DNA of 64,000 nucleotides from Planctomycetota bacterium (GTDB taxonomy: Bacteria; Planctomycetota; GCA-002687715; CAIWVZ01). The stretch covers positions 64,001-128,000 of the forward strand of contig JBGANV010000008.1 of the NCBI GenBank assembly GCA_044222185.1, given 5' to 3'. The notes under the pieces were generated by a model, which saw only the letters and a program-made list of their open reading frames with translations, was not told where the DNA came from and did no database searches. Below, piece after piece: positions 10,166 through 19,369 of the stretch; the stretch's first letter is position 1; every line of letters starts with the position of its first letter. The position numbers and the translations under genes were made by a program.

Positions 10166-10840
10166 TCATGGCACCAGCTTGTACCCGACGCCGTGCACCG
10201 TCATCAGGTGGCGCGGCTCGTCGGGCACGGGCTCGATCTTCTTGCGGAGGTTGAAGACGTGCGTGTCGACGGTGCGGGTCGTGGGAGTGCTGTCGTAGCC
10301 CCAGACGCTGCGCAGGAGATCCTCGCGGCGAAACGCCTTGCCCGGCGCCCGAAGAAGGAACGCCAGCAACTCGGCCTCCTTCTGCGCGAGCTTGAACGTC
10401 TCTCCGCCGCGCACGACGTGGAACGCATTCAGGTCGATCTCGGCGTCGCCGATACGAATCGCCGACGGCGACGGTGACGAGGAGCGGCGGAGCACGGCCC
10501 GAATGCGAGCCACCAACTCATAGACGCTGAAGGGCTTCACGACGTAGTCGTCGGCGCCGAGTTCGAGCCCGCGGATCCGGTGGACCTCGCTCCCCCGCGC
10601 CGTGAGGATGATCACGGGGGTCGTCGTTCCGCTGCGTCGCAGCTCACGCAGGACGTCCAGCCCATCACCATCGGGCAGCGACAGGTCGAGGAGGATCACG
10701 GAGAACGTCTCCTTCGAGAGCTTGCTCCGCGCATCGGCCACCGTCCGCACGGCGACGGTATGGAACTCGCGAGAGTGCAAGAAGTCCGCGAGGGTCTCGC
10801 GGATCCCGGCCTCGTCCTCCACGATGAGGAGGCGGTCCAT
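10166..10840 (-). CDS. OmpR/PhoB-family response regulator
   Basis: Receiver motifs IVEDE, LLDLSLPDGDG and GADDYVVKPF; winged helix TRTVDTHVFNLRKKIE and TVHGVGY. Confidence 0.95.
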   Translation of the reverse strand: MDRLLIVEDEAGIRETLADFLHSREFHTVAVRTVADARSKLSKETFSVILLDLSLPDGDGLDVLRELRRSGTTTPVIILTARGSEVHRIRGLELGADDYVVKPFSVYELVARIRAVLRRSSSPSPSAIRIGDAEIDLNAFHVVRGGETFKLAQKEAELLAFLLRAPGKAFRREDLLRSVWGYDSTPTTRTVDTHVFNLRKKIEPVPDEPRHLMTVHGVGYKLVP

Positions 10841-12630
10841 CAGCGGGTCTCGTCGTGCACGGGAATCTCGATCGAGAATTCGGCGCCGCCGCCGGAGCGA
10901 TTGCGCGCGCGGGCGTCGCCACCGTGAAGGCGCGCTGCCTGTTGGACGAGGAAGAGCCCCAATCCGCTTCCCGGCACCGAGGCGGAATTCACGCCGCGGC
11001 GGAACGGCTCGAACAACCCGGGCAGGTCGGCGGGCGCGACGCCCGGGCCGCGATCGGCGACGACGAAGGTGATCCGCCCGTTGCCGTTCGACGCCGACAG
11101 GTCGACCACGGATGCACGGGGGGCGTACTTCCCCGCATTCTCCACCAGGTTGCGGAGCGCGCGGCCGAGGAGTTCAGGGTCTCCCTCGAATGCGGGGAGC
11201 TCCCGTCGCGCGTCGATCGTGAGACGCTGGCCTGCGGCGCGGACGACGGGCCGCAGATCCCAGATCACCCGGGCGAGGAACGCGCGCGTCTCGAGACGCT
11301 GCTTCTCGATGGTCGCGCGACCCTTCTCGAGCCGCGCAAAATCCAGGAGGCGGTTCACCAGTTCGCCGAGGCGGCGCACTTCGCCGTGCATGCCTCGGGC
11401 GTAGTCGTCGACACGGTCCTTGGGGACGTCGCCGTGCGCGAGCATCTCGGTCTTCAGGCTCAACGCGGTGAGCGGCGTGCGGAGCTCGTGGGAGACCACG
11501 TCGACGAAGTCCTGTTTGAGTTTCGACAGCGTGAGTTCGCGCCGCGCCATGCGGACCGCGAACACGCCGCCGATGGCGCTGGAGAGGCCCGCGAGGAACA
11601 GAAGCAGATTGGCGATCGAGCCCACGCGCGCACTCGCGCGGCCGCCGGGAGTGCTGACGGAGAGCGAGAGGCCGAGCCGTTCCACGGGACGCGTGACGTC
11701 GGCGCCGGCGACGGCGCCGAGTCGCACGTCCCGCATGGTTTCGGCGGAGAGGGCGGCGAGCGTGGTGTGCGCGCACAGCTCAGCGGCCTGCGCGCTGACG
11801 ACTGCGAGCCCGGACGGGCACGGCACGATGACGGCATCGCCTGTACGCGTTGGATTCGTGGGGACGGCGAGCGTGCCCTCGCGCAACGCGGTGAACGTTC
11901 GCGCCTTGACGGGGAGGAGATCGACGAGCGACGCGTCCTCGAGCACGGCTGCCGCGCGGATCTCGTCGACGACGGCGTCGGCGCACGACGCACCCATGGG
12001 AGTCCTCGCCGATGCGAGATCGGCGGCGATGGCGGCGGCCGGCTCCGTTCGCCCGGCGGCGACGAGCACGTTGAGGCGAAGAAGCGCGAGCAACGCGGCC
12101 GCGCCCAATTCGCCGCTCACGGGGGCGAGGGCGTCGGCCGGCGCTTCGTCCAGTCGCGCCAGCGCATCGTCCGTCCGGTTGGCCGCCACGAGGGCGCGGA
12201 TTTCGGAGAGTCGGGCGCGGGCGTCGAGTGGCAGGTTCTCTCGGCGGGCCCGTTCGAAGAGGCCGATCGCCGCGTCCGGCCTTCGACCTGCTTCGAAGCG
12301 TGTGGCGAGATCCACGACGAGGTGTCGGGTCGGACGACTGGCTGGGAGCCTCTGGATGTCCGGGCTGACCACGAGGAACGGCCCCGTCGGAACTCCTTCC
12401 CTTCCGAGCGTCATGGGTGCCGGGTCGGATGGCGCCGCTCGTTTCAGAAGGCCGTCGTCGATCCTCGCGATCGCCCGGTCGATGAGTTCGTCTCCGGCGC
12501 GGTGCTCCTGCTCGGCGAGCGTCGAGCGGTAGTCGCCGAACACCAAGACGGCCCAGCCGCAGAGCAGCATCACCGGCACGGCGAAGACGATGGCCAGCCA
12601 GCGTGTGGTCGGTTGAAGGCTCGGGCGCAC
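10840..12630 (-). CDS. Membrane sensor histidine kinase
   Basis: Two TM segments; H-box VSHELRTPLT, N-box NLVENAGKY, G-boxes DRGPG and GSGLGL; abuts the regulator. Confidence 0.93.
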   Translation of the reverse strand: MRPSLQPTTRWLAIVFAVPVMLLCGWAVLVFGDYRSTLAEQEHRAGDELIDRAIARIDDGLLKRAAPSDPAPMTLGREGVPTGPFLVVSPDIQRLPASRPTRHLVVDLATRFEAGRRPDAAIGLFERARRENLPLDARARLSEIRALVAANRTDDALARLDEAPADALAPVSGELGAAALLALLRLNVLVAAGRTEPAAAIAADLASARTPMGASCADAVVDEIRAAAVLEDASLVDLLPVKARTFTALREGTLAVPTNPTRTGDAVIVPCPSGLAVVSAQAAELCAHTTLAALSAETMRDVRLGAVAGADVTRPVERLGLSLSVSTPGGRASARVGSIANLLLFLAGLSSAIGGVFAVRMARRELTLSKLKQDFVDVVSHELRTPLTALSLKTEMLAHGDVPKDRVDDYARGMHGEVRRLGELVNRLLDFARLEKGRATIEKQRLETRAFLARVIWDLRPVVRAAGQRLTIDARRELPAFEGDPELLGRALRNLVENAGKYAPRASVVDLSASNGNGRITFVVADRGPGVAPADLPGLFEPFRRGVNSASVPGSGLGLFLVQQAARLHGGDARARNRSGGGAEFSIEIPVHDETR

Positions 12631-12639
12631 GAGGACCAG

Positions 12640-12682
12640 ATGATAGGACCCCTGGCCGCGCTGGAGTCAAGAAGTTGTCAAG
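12640..12682 (-). promoter_or_regulatory. Putative promoter of the HK/RR pair with an OmpR-type 11-bp-periodic direct repeat
   Basis: GTCAAG at 12666 and 12677 (minus strand CTTGACAACTTCTTGAC); TATCAT -10-like box at 12645-12640. Confidence 0.5.
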
Positions 12683-12707
12683 ACCGGGCGGGAACGCGGC
12701 GATTCAC

Positions 12708-13078
12708 GCGGCGGACGAAAGCGCGGTCACGCGCGCGCGAGGCTGGAGCCTCGCGGGCCGGCCAGGTGGAACCTGGCGCTCCGGAACGCCGCGTTTTACG
12801 CGGCTGGTTGGGCCGGGCTCCAGCCCGGACCGGGAGGGGTGATGGATGTGGCATGCGGCGGACGAGCGTGCAGCCACGCGCGCGCGAGGCTGGAGCCTCG
12901 CGGGCCGGCCAGGTGGAACCTGGCGCTCCGGAACGCCGCGTTTTACGCGGCTGGATGGGCCGGGCTCCAGCCCGGACCGGGAGGGGTGATGGATGTGGCA
13001 TGCGGCGGACGAACGCGCAGTCACGCGCGCGCGAGGCTGGAGCCTCGCGGGCCGGCCAGGTGGAAGCGGGCGCTCCGG
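12708..13078. repeat. 147-bp tandem array (about 2.5 units), four hairpins per unit; BIME/REPIN-like
   Basis: Units start at 12708, 12855 and 13002. Stems: CGCGAGGC-TGGA-GCCTCGCG, GCCAGGT-GGA-ACCTGGC, GCCGCGT-TTT-ACGCGGC, CCGGGC-TCCA-GCCCGG. Confidence 0.92.
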
Positions 13079-13143
13079 GTTGGCCATTGGGCGACGCGGC
13101 GAAACACGTCACAACGGCGGCCGGCTTGGCCGATGAAACCAGA

Positions 13144-14826
13144 ATGAACGATCCGCGACCGCACGACATGCGCTCCGGCCTCGCGCTCGCGGTGATCCTC
13201 GCCGTGGCGCTCGGCGTCCGCCTGTGGGAACTGGAGCGGCGCGGGTTCTGCCACCCGGAGAACTTCGTCTCGGGAATCGCCGTGCCGGACTGGGTTCACC
13301 ACCCGCCGCAGCGGCTGACCCTCGACGACATCGTCCGAACGACGCCCAAGGACGGGCATCCGCCCTTCTACTTCCTCGCGCTCCACCCGTGGATCAAGGC
13401 GTTTGGGACGAGCCTGTTCTCGCTTCGACTTCCGTCGGCGCTGCTCGGGACCGCATCCGTCCTCCTCCTTTGGATGCTCGCGCGGCGCGAGTGCGGCCGG
13501 GGAACCGCGCTCCTCGCCGCCGCGCTACTGGCCCTGTCCGGGTTCCACGCGTTCTGGAGCCAGATGGCGCGCATGTACGCCCTCGCCACGTTCCTCATTC
13601 TTCTATCGACCTGGCTTCTGATCCGTGTAGTCGAAGACGGAGGCCGGCGGTGGCGCGTCGCCTACACGCTGACGACCGTCGCCGCCCTATGGACCCACGT
13701 TTACTGCTGGCCCATGCTCCTCGGCCAGATCATCTGGTCGACGGCCCGCGCGATCGCACGACGCGAACGGGCCCTGGCGCTGCCAGCCCAACTCACGGCG
13801 CTGATCGTCTCGTTCCCGGTGATCGCTCTCGCCGTCCATCAAAGTCCCAAGACCGAGTGGGCCGAGCCCATGCTCGAGTTCTTCGAGTTCGGCTACTTGT
13901 TCAACTCGGGGTCGTTCCGCTTCGGCGAAGCACCCACACCCCCGATCCCCCACCTGGCACTCCTGGCCCTCGGGCTCGGGTTCACGGTTGCAGGGATGCT
14001 GGCGCGACCGAAACCGCAACGCCCCATCACTCCGCTGACGGACGCCCCTCCGTCCTCGCGCGGAATCCGCTGGGCCATGACCGGACTCGGTGCCGTGGTC
14101 GCATCGTTGATCGTGGCGGCAGCGTTCTCGTGGTTCACCGCCGGACAGAAGCGGCGCCTGGTGTGCCTCGCGATCTCGGCCCTGCCCCTCGCGACGGCAC
14201 TCGCCTTCCCGCTGGTCGACCGTCTGATCCAATCCGCGGCGAGCTCCGCACCTGGCGGGATGCGGGCACTCGCAGCACGGCTCTCGCGCGTCACGCCGAT
14301 CCTCACACTCACGCCGATCGCGTGCCTCGGCATCGTCTCGTTGGGCCGCGCCGCGTTCACGGCCCGCGGGATGCTGGTCGCCGTTCCGTTCCTCACGCTG
14401 CTTTGCGCCCAGGCCGTCGAGCTGCGACTTCCGCGCCTCGTCCGCTGGGGGATCCTGGCGCCGCTCCTGCTCGCCCTCCACGCGACCTCGACGCTGTGGT
14501 TTCAGAAGAACGAGGCCAGCCCCCGCGATTACGCCGGCTTTGCGCACGCGCTGGAGCACCGCCTCGAACCCACGGACCGCATCTTCGTAGGCAACAACTA
14601 CGCCGACCCCCCGCTCCTCTACTACCTGCCCACGCGACACGGACAGTTCGTCCCGGCCGAATCCGCGAGCGCGATCGCGTCCGCGCCGAACGCGCGGGTC
14701 TGGGTGATCCTCTACGAAGACCAGGTCCTGACTCCGGAAATGACGCAAGTCCTCGCCGGCCGTGCCCGAGGCGATACCGTCCAAGCATTCGGATGTCGCG
14801 CCGACCTCTACGCCCCGCGGCGCTGA
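13144..14826 (+). CDS. GT-C membrane glycosyltransferase (GT39/ArnT/PMT-like)
   Basis: DGHPPFYF, SLRLPSALLG and WSQMARMY motifs; about 12 TM helices. Start 13144 or 13168. Confidence 0.8.
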   Translation: MNDPRPHDMRSGLALAVILAVALGVRLWELERRGFCHPENFVSGIAVPDWVHHPPQRLTLDDIVRTTPKDGHPPFYFLALHPWIKAFGTSLFSLRLPSALLGTASVLLLWMLARRECGRGTALLAAALLALSGFHAFWSQMARMYALATFLILLSTWLLIRVVEDGGRRWRVAYTLTTVAALWTHVYCWPMLLGQIIWSTARAIARRERALALPAQLTALIVSFPVIALAVHQSPKTEWAEPMLEFFEFGYLFNSGSFRFGEAPTPPIPHLALLALGLGFTVAGMLARPKPQRPITPLTDAPPSSRGIRWAMTGLGAVVASLIVAAAFSWFTAGQKRRLVCLAISALPLATALAFPLVDRLIQSAASSAPGGMRALAARLSRVTPILTLTPIACLGIVSLGRAAFTARGMLVAVPFLTLLCAQAVELRLPRLVRWGILAPLLLALHATSTLWFQKNEASPRDYAGFAHALEHRLEPTDRIFVGNNYADPPLLYYLPTRHGQFVPAESASAIASAPNARVWVILYEDQVLTPEMTQVLAGRARGDTVQAFGCRADLYAPRR

Positions 14827-14857
14827 CGGACGATCGAGTTCCGCCCGACCATCGCCC

Positions 14858-15577
14858 ATGAAACCCGTCATCGTCCTCAAGTTCGGCGGATCTCTCCTCA
14901 CGGACGAGGCCTCCTACGCGCGCGTCGCGGCGGAGATCGCGCGCGTGGCCGGGCAGCACTGCGAGTCCGCGATCGTCGCGGTCGTGTCCGCGAGGTCGGG
15001 CGAGACGGATCGGTTGATCGAGGAGGCGCGCATGCGCCCCGCACTCTCTGCGTCGCAGGTCGTCGAACACATCGCAAGCGGCGAGGTGATGTCCTCGTAC
15101 ATCCTGGGGCTCGCCCTCTCGCAGCGCCGACTACGATCCAACCTGATCGGATCTTCGGCGATCGGAATCCGCACACGCGGCGACGCCCACGAGGCGGTCC
15201 CGACGACTTTGCTGCGCGAGAGCCTCGATGAGGCGCTGTCGGCGTCCTCCATCGTCGTGCACCCGGGCTTCCTCGCCTACGACGAGCAGACCGGCGCGCC
15301 CACGTTGCTTGGTCGAAGCGGCTCGGACTTCACGGCGATCTTCCTCGCCGACGCGCTCGGCGCGGCGCGCTGCCGACTCTACAAGGCCACGCCGGGTTGT
15401 GTGGACCCGACGACGGCCGCGCAGCTCACCTGGGAGCAGGTTCTCGCATCCGACGCCAGCCGCGCGCTGATCCAGCCCGCCGCCGCGCGCTATGCCGCGG
15501 CCCGAGGCATGGTCGTCGAATTCGGCCCGCTCGGGGCCGCGGCCGACGCCTATCCGCGCATCGCGCCTCGACGTTGA
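14858..15577 (+). CDS. Aspartokinase-like amino-acid kinase, catalytic domain only
   Basis: VLKFGGS, AVVSA..GETD, ASGE and LLGRSGSDFTA motifs; 239 aa with no ACT domains. Confidence 0.75.
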   Translation: MKPVIVLKFGGSLLTDEASYARVAAEIARVAGQHCESAIVAVVSARSGETDRLIEEARMRPALSASQVVEHIASGEVMSSYILGLALSQRRLRSNLIGSSAIGIRTRGDAHEAVPTTLLRESLDEALSASSIVVHPGFLAYDEQTGAPTLLGRSGSDFTAIFLADALGAARCRLYKATPGCVDPTTAAQLTWEQVLASDASRALIQPAAARYAAARGMVVEFGPLGAAADAYPRIAPRR

Positions 15578-15767
15578 TCGGGCGTGCGGGCCGTTCCCCA
15601 GTCGCTGCACGGAATCCCGGCGCCCGGACTTCCCGCGCGATGCCGCGCGCGAAGCGCCCGCAGTTCGCGGGCGAGGAGCTCGCGAACCGGTCGGCGCGGC
15701 GAGCCACCACGCAGTCCAGGGATCCCGCGCCAGGAAACGCGCACTCGCCTCGGATGCCCGCCGCCCG

Positions 15768-16127
15768 CTATTTCACGAGCTCGCGCCAGCCCTTCTCCAA
15801 CGCGTCGCCGAAGTCGTCGATCGCCGCCCGCGCATCCCCTTTGAAGCGCTGCCACGAATCGTCCGTCGCACTCGACACGTCGCGGAGCTTTTCCTCCGCT
15901 CGGCGCCGTCGCGTCTTCAAGTCGTCGACGAGCTCATTCCACCGCGGCCGCAGGTCGTCGGTCGCCTGCTTCGCCTTCTCCTCGAGCTGAGCGAGCTTCG
16001 CGTCCATTCGATCGAGCCGGACCTGGAGGTCGTGACGAACCTCCTCGCGGGTCGCTCGATCCCCGCACGCGCCGATCGTCGAGAGGCCGAGACAGAAGAC
16101 GACGGCAAGCAGTCGTGTGTCGTTCAC
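15768..16127 (-). CDS. Small coiled-coil lipoprotein (stress-protein-like)
   Basis: GGAG RBS, IGAC lipobox, charged heptad-rich body. Confidence 0.65.
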   Translation of the reverse strand: MNDTRLLAVVFCLGLSTIGACGDRATREEVRHDLQVRLDRMDAKLAQLEEKAKQATDDLRPRWNELVDDLKTRRRRAEEKLRDVSSATDDSWQRFKGDARAAIDDFGDALEKGWRELVK

Positions 16128-16183
16128 CGATGATCTCCGTTGGAAAGCGGCTTGGGCCGCGGTTCATGGATGCAACGCCGATC

Positions 16184-16339
16184 TCAGATGCGCCCCATCA
16201 ACACCAGGATGAGGACGATGAGCAGCACGAGCCCGAGCCCGCCACTCGGGCCGTATCCCCAGCCACGACTGTGGGGCCACCGAGGCAACGCGCCGACGAG
16301 AAGCATCACCAACAGGATCAAGAGGATCGTTCCAAGCAT
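16184..16339 (-). CDS. DUF3309-family small membrane protein
   Basis: MLGTILLILLVMLLVGALPRWPHSRGWGYGPSGGLG signature; AAGGAG RBS. Confidence 0.9.
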   Translation of the reverse strand: MLGTILLILLVMLLVGALPRWPHSRGWGYGPSGGLGLVLLIVLILVLMGRI

Positions 16340-16698
16340 GATCGACTCCTTGCGCCGGCGCCGGTCGCCGGCGGTGCTTTCCGTTCCATAGATGGCGTCC
16401 ACGCGGCTCGCGGGCACCCAGGAGGCAGCGGTCCGTGCGTCCGTGCGCCGACGGATCGCGGTGCAGTAAGGATTGCCATCCGTGGACGAAAATGCCGAGC
16501 GGGACCGTCCAGTCCCGTTCACGCGAGCCCTTCATCCCGGTCCGCGACCGGTCGGACTCGCACATCGACAGGAGAAGCAAGCTGCGAGCCGTGACCGCGA
16601 GCCGTGCCCACGAATTTCCTCGACGGGGCGTCGAGAACGCCGCACTCGCGACCCCCGGAAACCCGTGACCTGCGCGGGCGACGACGCCCGCTCGCGGA

Positions 16699-17175
16699 TC
16701 ACGGCCCGAACGTGATCCAGGCCGGGAACGTCCCGTGGACTCCGGTGACGGTGACGATTCCGATGTCCGAGGCTTCGAGTCGCGGCATGCCGGACAACGG
16801 CCGGGTCTCGCGCATCGACAGAGTCGTCGTTCCCGGTCCCTGGATGAGCCACTCGCCGCATGCATGACGGGCGAAGGGCATCCACAGCTCGACGCGCACC
16901 GCCGTGGGCGTCGTCACGTGGAAGCGCGCGTCCTGGAGCGCCCGCACCGGTCCGAGCGTTTCGGTCGACCCCGCGGCGAAAACCCCGCCGGCGCCGCCCA
17001 GGAATCCACGCCCGATGGCCTCGGCCGCGGCCGCATCCACCGCGATCCCGCGACCTCGCATGGGGTGGAACGCCTCGGCGACGAGCCCCTCCCACCGCGT
17101 CCGTTGTTCTGCCGATGCACGCTCGGTGATCCACCGATCGAGCGCTTCGATGAGGGCGATCTCTTGCGGGATCAT
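16699..17175 (-). CDS. Hypothetical protein
   Basis: 158-aa ORF with AAGGA RBS, 10 nt downstream of the methyltransferase stop. Confidence 0.55.
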   Translation of the reverse strand: MIPQEIALIEALDRWITERASAEQRTRWEGLVAEAFHPMRGRGIAVDAAAAEAIGRGFLGGAGGVFAAGSTETLGPVRALQDARFHVTTPTAVRVELWMPFARHACGEWLIQGPGTTTLSMRETRPLSGMPRLEASDIGIVTVTGVHGTFPAWITFGP

Positions 17176-17185
17176 GGGAATTCCT

Positions 17186-17875
17186 TCACGGGCGCACCAC
17201 GTGAGTCCGGAGCTGGTTGAACCTGCCGCCCGGCACCGCGACGCGGAACCGCGCCGCGCTCTGCCACGCGAACCCCACGCCCTCGACGGCAGCGCGCAAC
17301 GCATCCTCCGTGTAGAACCGCAGCTCGAACGTGTCGTCGGGCCCGGGCTCGATGGGCACGAGACTCGCTGCCTCGGGGACCTGGAACACGAACGATCCTC
17401 CAGGTCGCAGGACGCGATACACCTCGTGGAAGTAGGACTGCACGACCTCCCGAGGAAGGTGTTGGAACACGATGTGGGAGAACACGACTCCGACGGATCC
17501 GGTCGCGATCGGCGCGAGCGAGATCCCGTCCCCTTCGACGAAGCGCGTGTTTCCGAGATGGGCGAGCCGCTCGCGGGCCTTCGCCACCATCTCGGGGGCG
17601 ACGTCGATTCCGATGAGCTGCTTCACTCGGGGCGCGACCCATTGATCCATGCGCCCGATTCCGCAACCGATGTCGAGCACGGTCTCGTCTGCGTGCAGAA
17701 GGTGCTCGAGCCACCTGAACACGTAGTAGACGTCTCGACGGCCGGACTCTTCGAAGTCCTGGGGATCGGTCGAGTTGATGGTCGCTATGAAGTAGGCCGC
17801 TTCGGAGCGGGCACGGTCGCTCCAGTCCGACTTCATCTTCTTCAGGAGGCGCAGACCTTCGGGGCTGAGCGTCAT
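17186..17875 (-). CDS. Class I SAM-dependent methyltransferase
   Basis: VLDIGCGIG, GIDVAPEM and YRVLRPGG motifs. Confidence 0.88.
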   Translation of the reverse strand: MTLSPEGLRLLKKMKSDWSDRARSEAAYFIATINSTDPQDFEESGRRDVYYVFRWLEHLLHADETVLDIGCGIGRMDQWVAPRVKQLIGIDVAPEMVAKARERLAHLGNTRFVEGDGISLAPIATGSVGVVFSHIVFQHLPREVVQSYFHEVYRVLRPGGSFVFQVPEAASLVPIEPGPDDTFELRFYTEDALRAAVEGVGFAWQSAARFRVAVPGGRFNQLRTHVVRP

Positions 17876-17973
17876 CGCATGAACTCTCCGGCGTCCAGGT
17901 AGTCCGTTCGTCGCGTGGCTTTCGGTCCGTGCGTGGGATGCACGCGCTCGGATGCGCTCGCGACGCCCAGCTC

Positions 17974-19347
17974 TCACTCCAAGATGAAGACGGGAACCGC
18001 AGAGCCGCCGCCGGCCGTGACGTTCAAGAGCTCGCCGCTCGCGAGCCGCCCGCCAAACCCGATCGATTCGCGCCCACCCCAGATGTAGGGGCTGATGTCC
18101 GCGAAGAAGGACTCGTACTCGACCTTCCCGCCGTGGTCGACGGGGAACGTCTCGTGCGGGATCTCCACGCGATCCTGCACCAGGTGCGGGGCGCGCTGCG
18201 CGGCGGCGATCGCCGTCTCCCACTCGGATTGCGAGACGTGCCACCCGAGCACCACGCCGGCGCCGCCGTAGGCGTCCGTCGGCTTGAGCACGAGCTGCTC
18301 GCGGCGACGGCGGATGACGTCGAGCAAGCTCGCGGTCCGTCCGCCGCCCGCATCCACGGACACGTCCTCGACGATGCGCGACCACGGCACGCAGCGACGG
18401 ATCGCCGCGCGCTCGCGCTCGTCGAACGACGGCCAGAGGCGATCGTCCCAGAAGAACGCGAACAGCTCCTTGCGAAACAAGAGGTGGACGCGAAACCCGC
18501 TCGCGCACGCGATGGCTCCGTCCTTCAGCGCACGAACGAGGGGGTGTGACGCCCCGCCGGACTTGACGAGATCACCCACGAGCACGCGCTTGTAGACGAC
18601 GTCGATGGCGAAGTCCCCGGCCGTGAGCCTCCCGTTCTCGTATCGCAGTTCGTTCGGCTCGATCACGCGCGACGGACAACCCTGCGACGTGAAGAACTCG
18701 GCGCAGATCTCGAACTCGCGGCGGGTGGGCGCGGACTTCCAGTCGACGACGGCGATCGTCGGGTTGGGATGAGCGCGAGCGCCGAGCCGTTGGCGGTGGA
18801 CCTCGAGCAACTGCCGCAGGGTCAGCGCGAGCCCCGAGACGGTGGACGTCCGGTACTCCTTCGTGAACGCCTCCATGACCGGCAGCTCGCGGAAGAACTT
18901 CACGAGCATCTCGCCGAACGCGATGCCGCCCGGGCTCTCGGCGTTGTATTCGATGACCTTGAACGCGCCGTCCCGCACGAGGAATCCGTCGATGCGCGCG
19001 ATCTGGTCAGGCTCGATCCCCTGGCGATCGGCGGCGAGGGTCTCCTCCTCGGCCGCCGTCAGGCGCAAGAGGCCGCGATAGCGGGGATCGGTTTCGAGCA
19101 CGCGCAGGAGCTTGCGGAACGCGCTCGCCAGCGCGTTCACGTCCGAGTTCAACCGGTCGGCCTCGCACCGCGTGAGGAAGAACGGGCGCAAGACCCGGCA
19201 GATGGGGCGGTCGCCGAAGACGAGGTTCGTGCGGCGCAGCTCGCTCTCGAGGCGGCGCGCGCTCTCGACACCGCGAGGGCCATCGAGCAGCGCGTGGTAG
19301 CGCGTGATCGCATCGCCGATCACGCGCGCATCGGACTTCACTTCCAT
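17974..19347 (-). CDS. Circularly permuted ATP-grasp (glutathionylspermidine-synthase-like) peptide ligase
   Basis: ARIDGF, IEYNAESPGG, VVYKR, VLKPTDAYGGAGVVLG and LNVTAGGG motifs. Confidence 0.85.
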   Translation of the reverse strand: MEVKSDARVIGDAITRYHALLDGPRGVESARRLESELRRTNLVFGDRPICRVLRPFFLTRCEADRLNSDVNALASAFRKLLRVLETDPRYRGLLRLTAAEEETLAADRQGIEPDQIARIDGFLVRDGAFKVIEYNAESPGGIAFGEMLVKFFRELPVMEAFTKEYRTSTVSGLALTLRQLLEVHRQRLGARAHPNPTIAVVDWKSAPTRREFEICAEFFTSQGCPSRVIEPNELRYENGRLTAGDFAIDVVYKRVLVGDLVKSGGASHPLVRALKDGAIACASGFRVHLLFRKELFAFFWDDRLWPSFDERERAAIRRCVPWSRIVEDVSVDAGGGRTASLLDVIRRRREQLVLKPTDAYGGAGVVLGWHVSQSEWETAIAAAQRAPHLVQDRVEIPHETFPVDHGGKVEYESFFADISPYIWGGRESIGFGGRLASGELLNVTAGGGSAVPVFILE

Positions 19348-19369
19348 CGTTGCCCCCGCAGGCCGGCGA

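Noticed and set aside
12708-13078. CRISPR array
   Set aside because: Whole units are near-identical, there are no unique spacers, and no cas genes are in the window.
10855-14826. 1323-aa ORF read as one giant protein containing a 49-aa repeat
   Set aside because: The first 760 or so codons are antisense to the kinase or cross the 147-bp DNA array, whose period is divisible by 3. Only 13144-14826 looks like a real protein.
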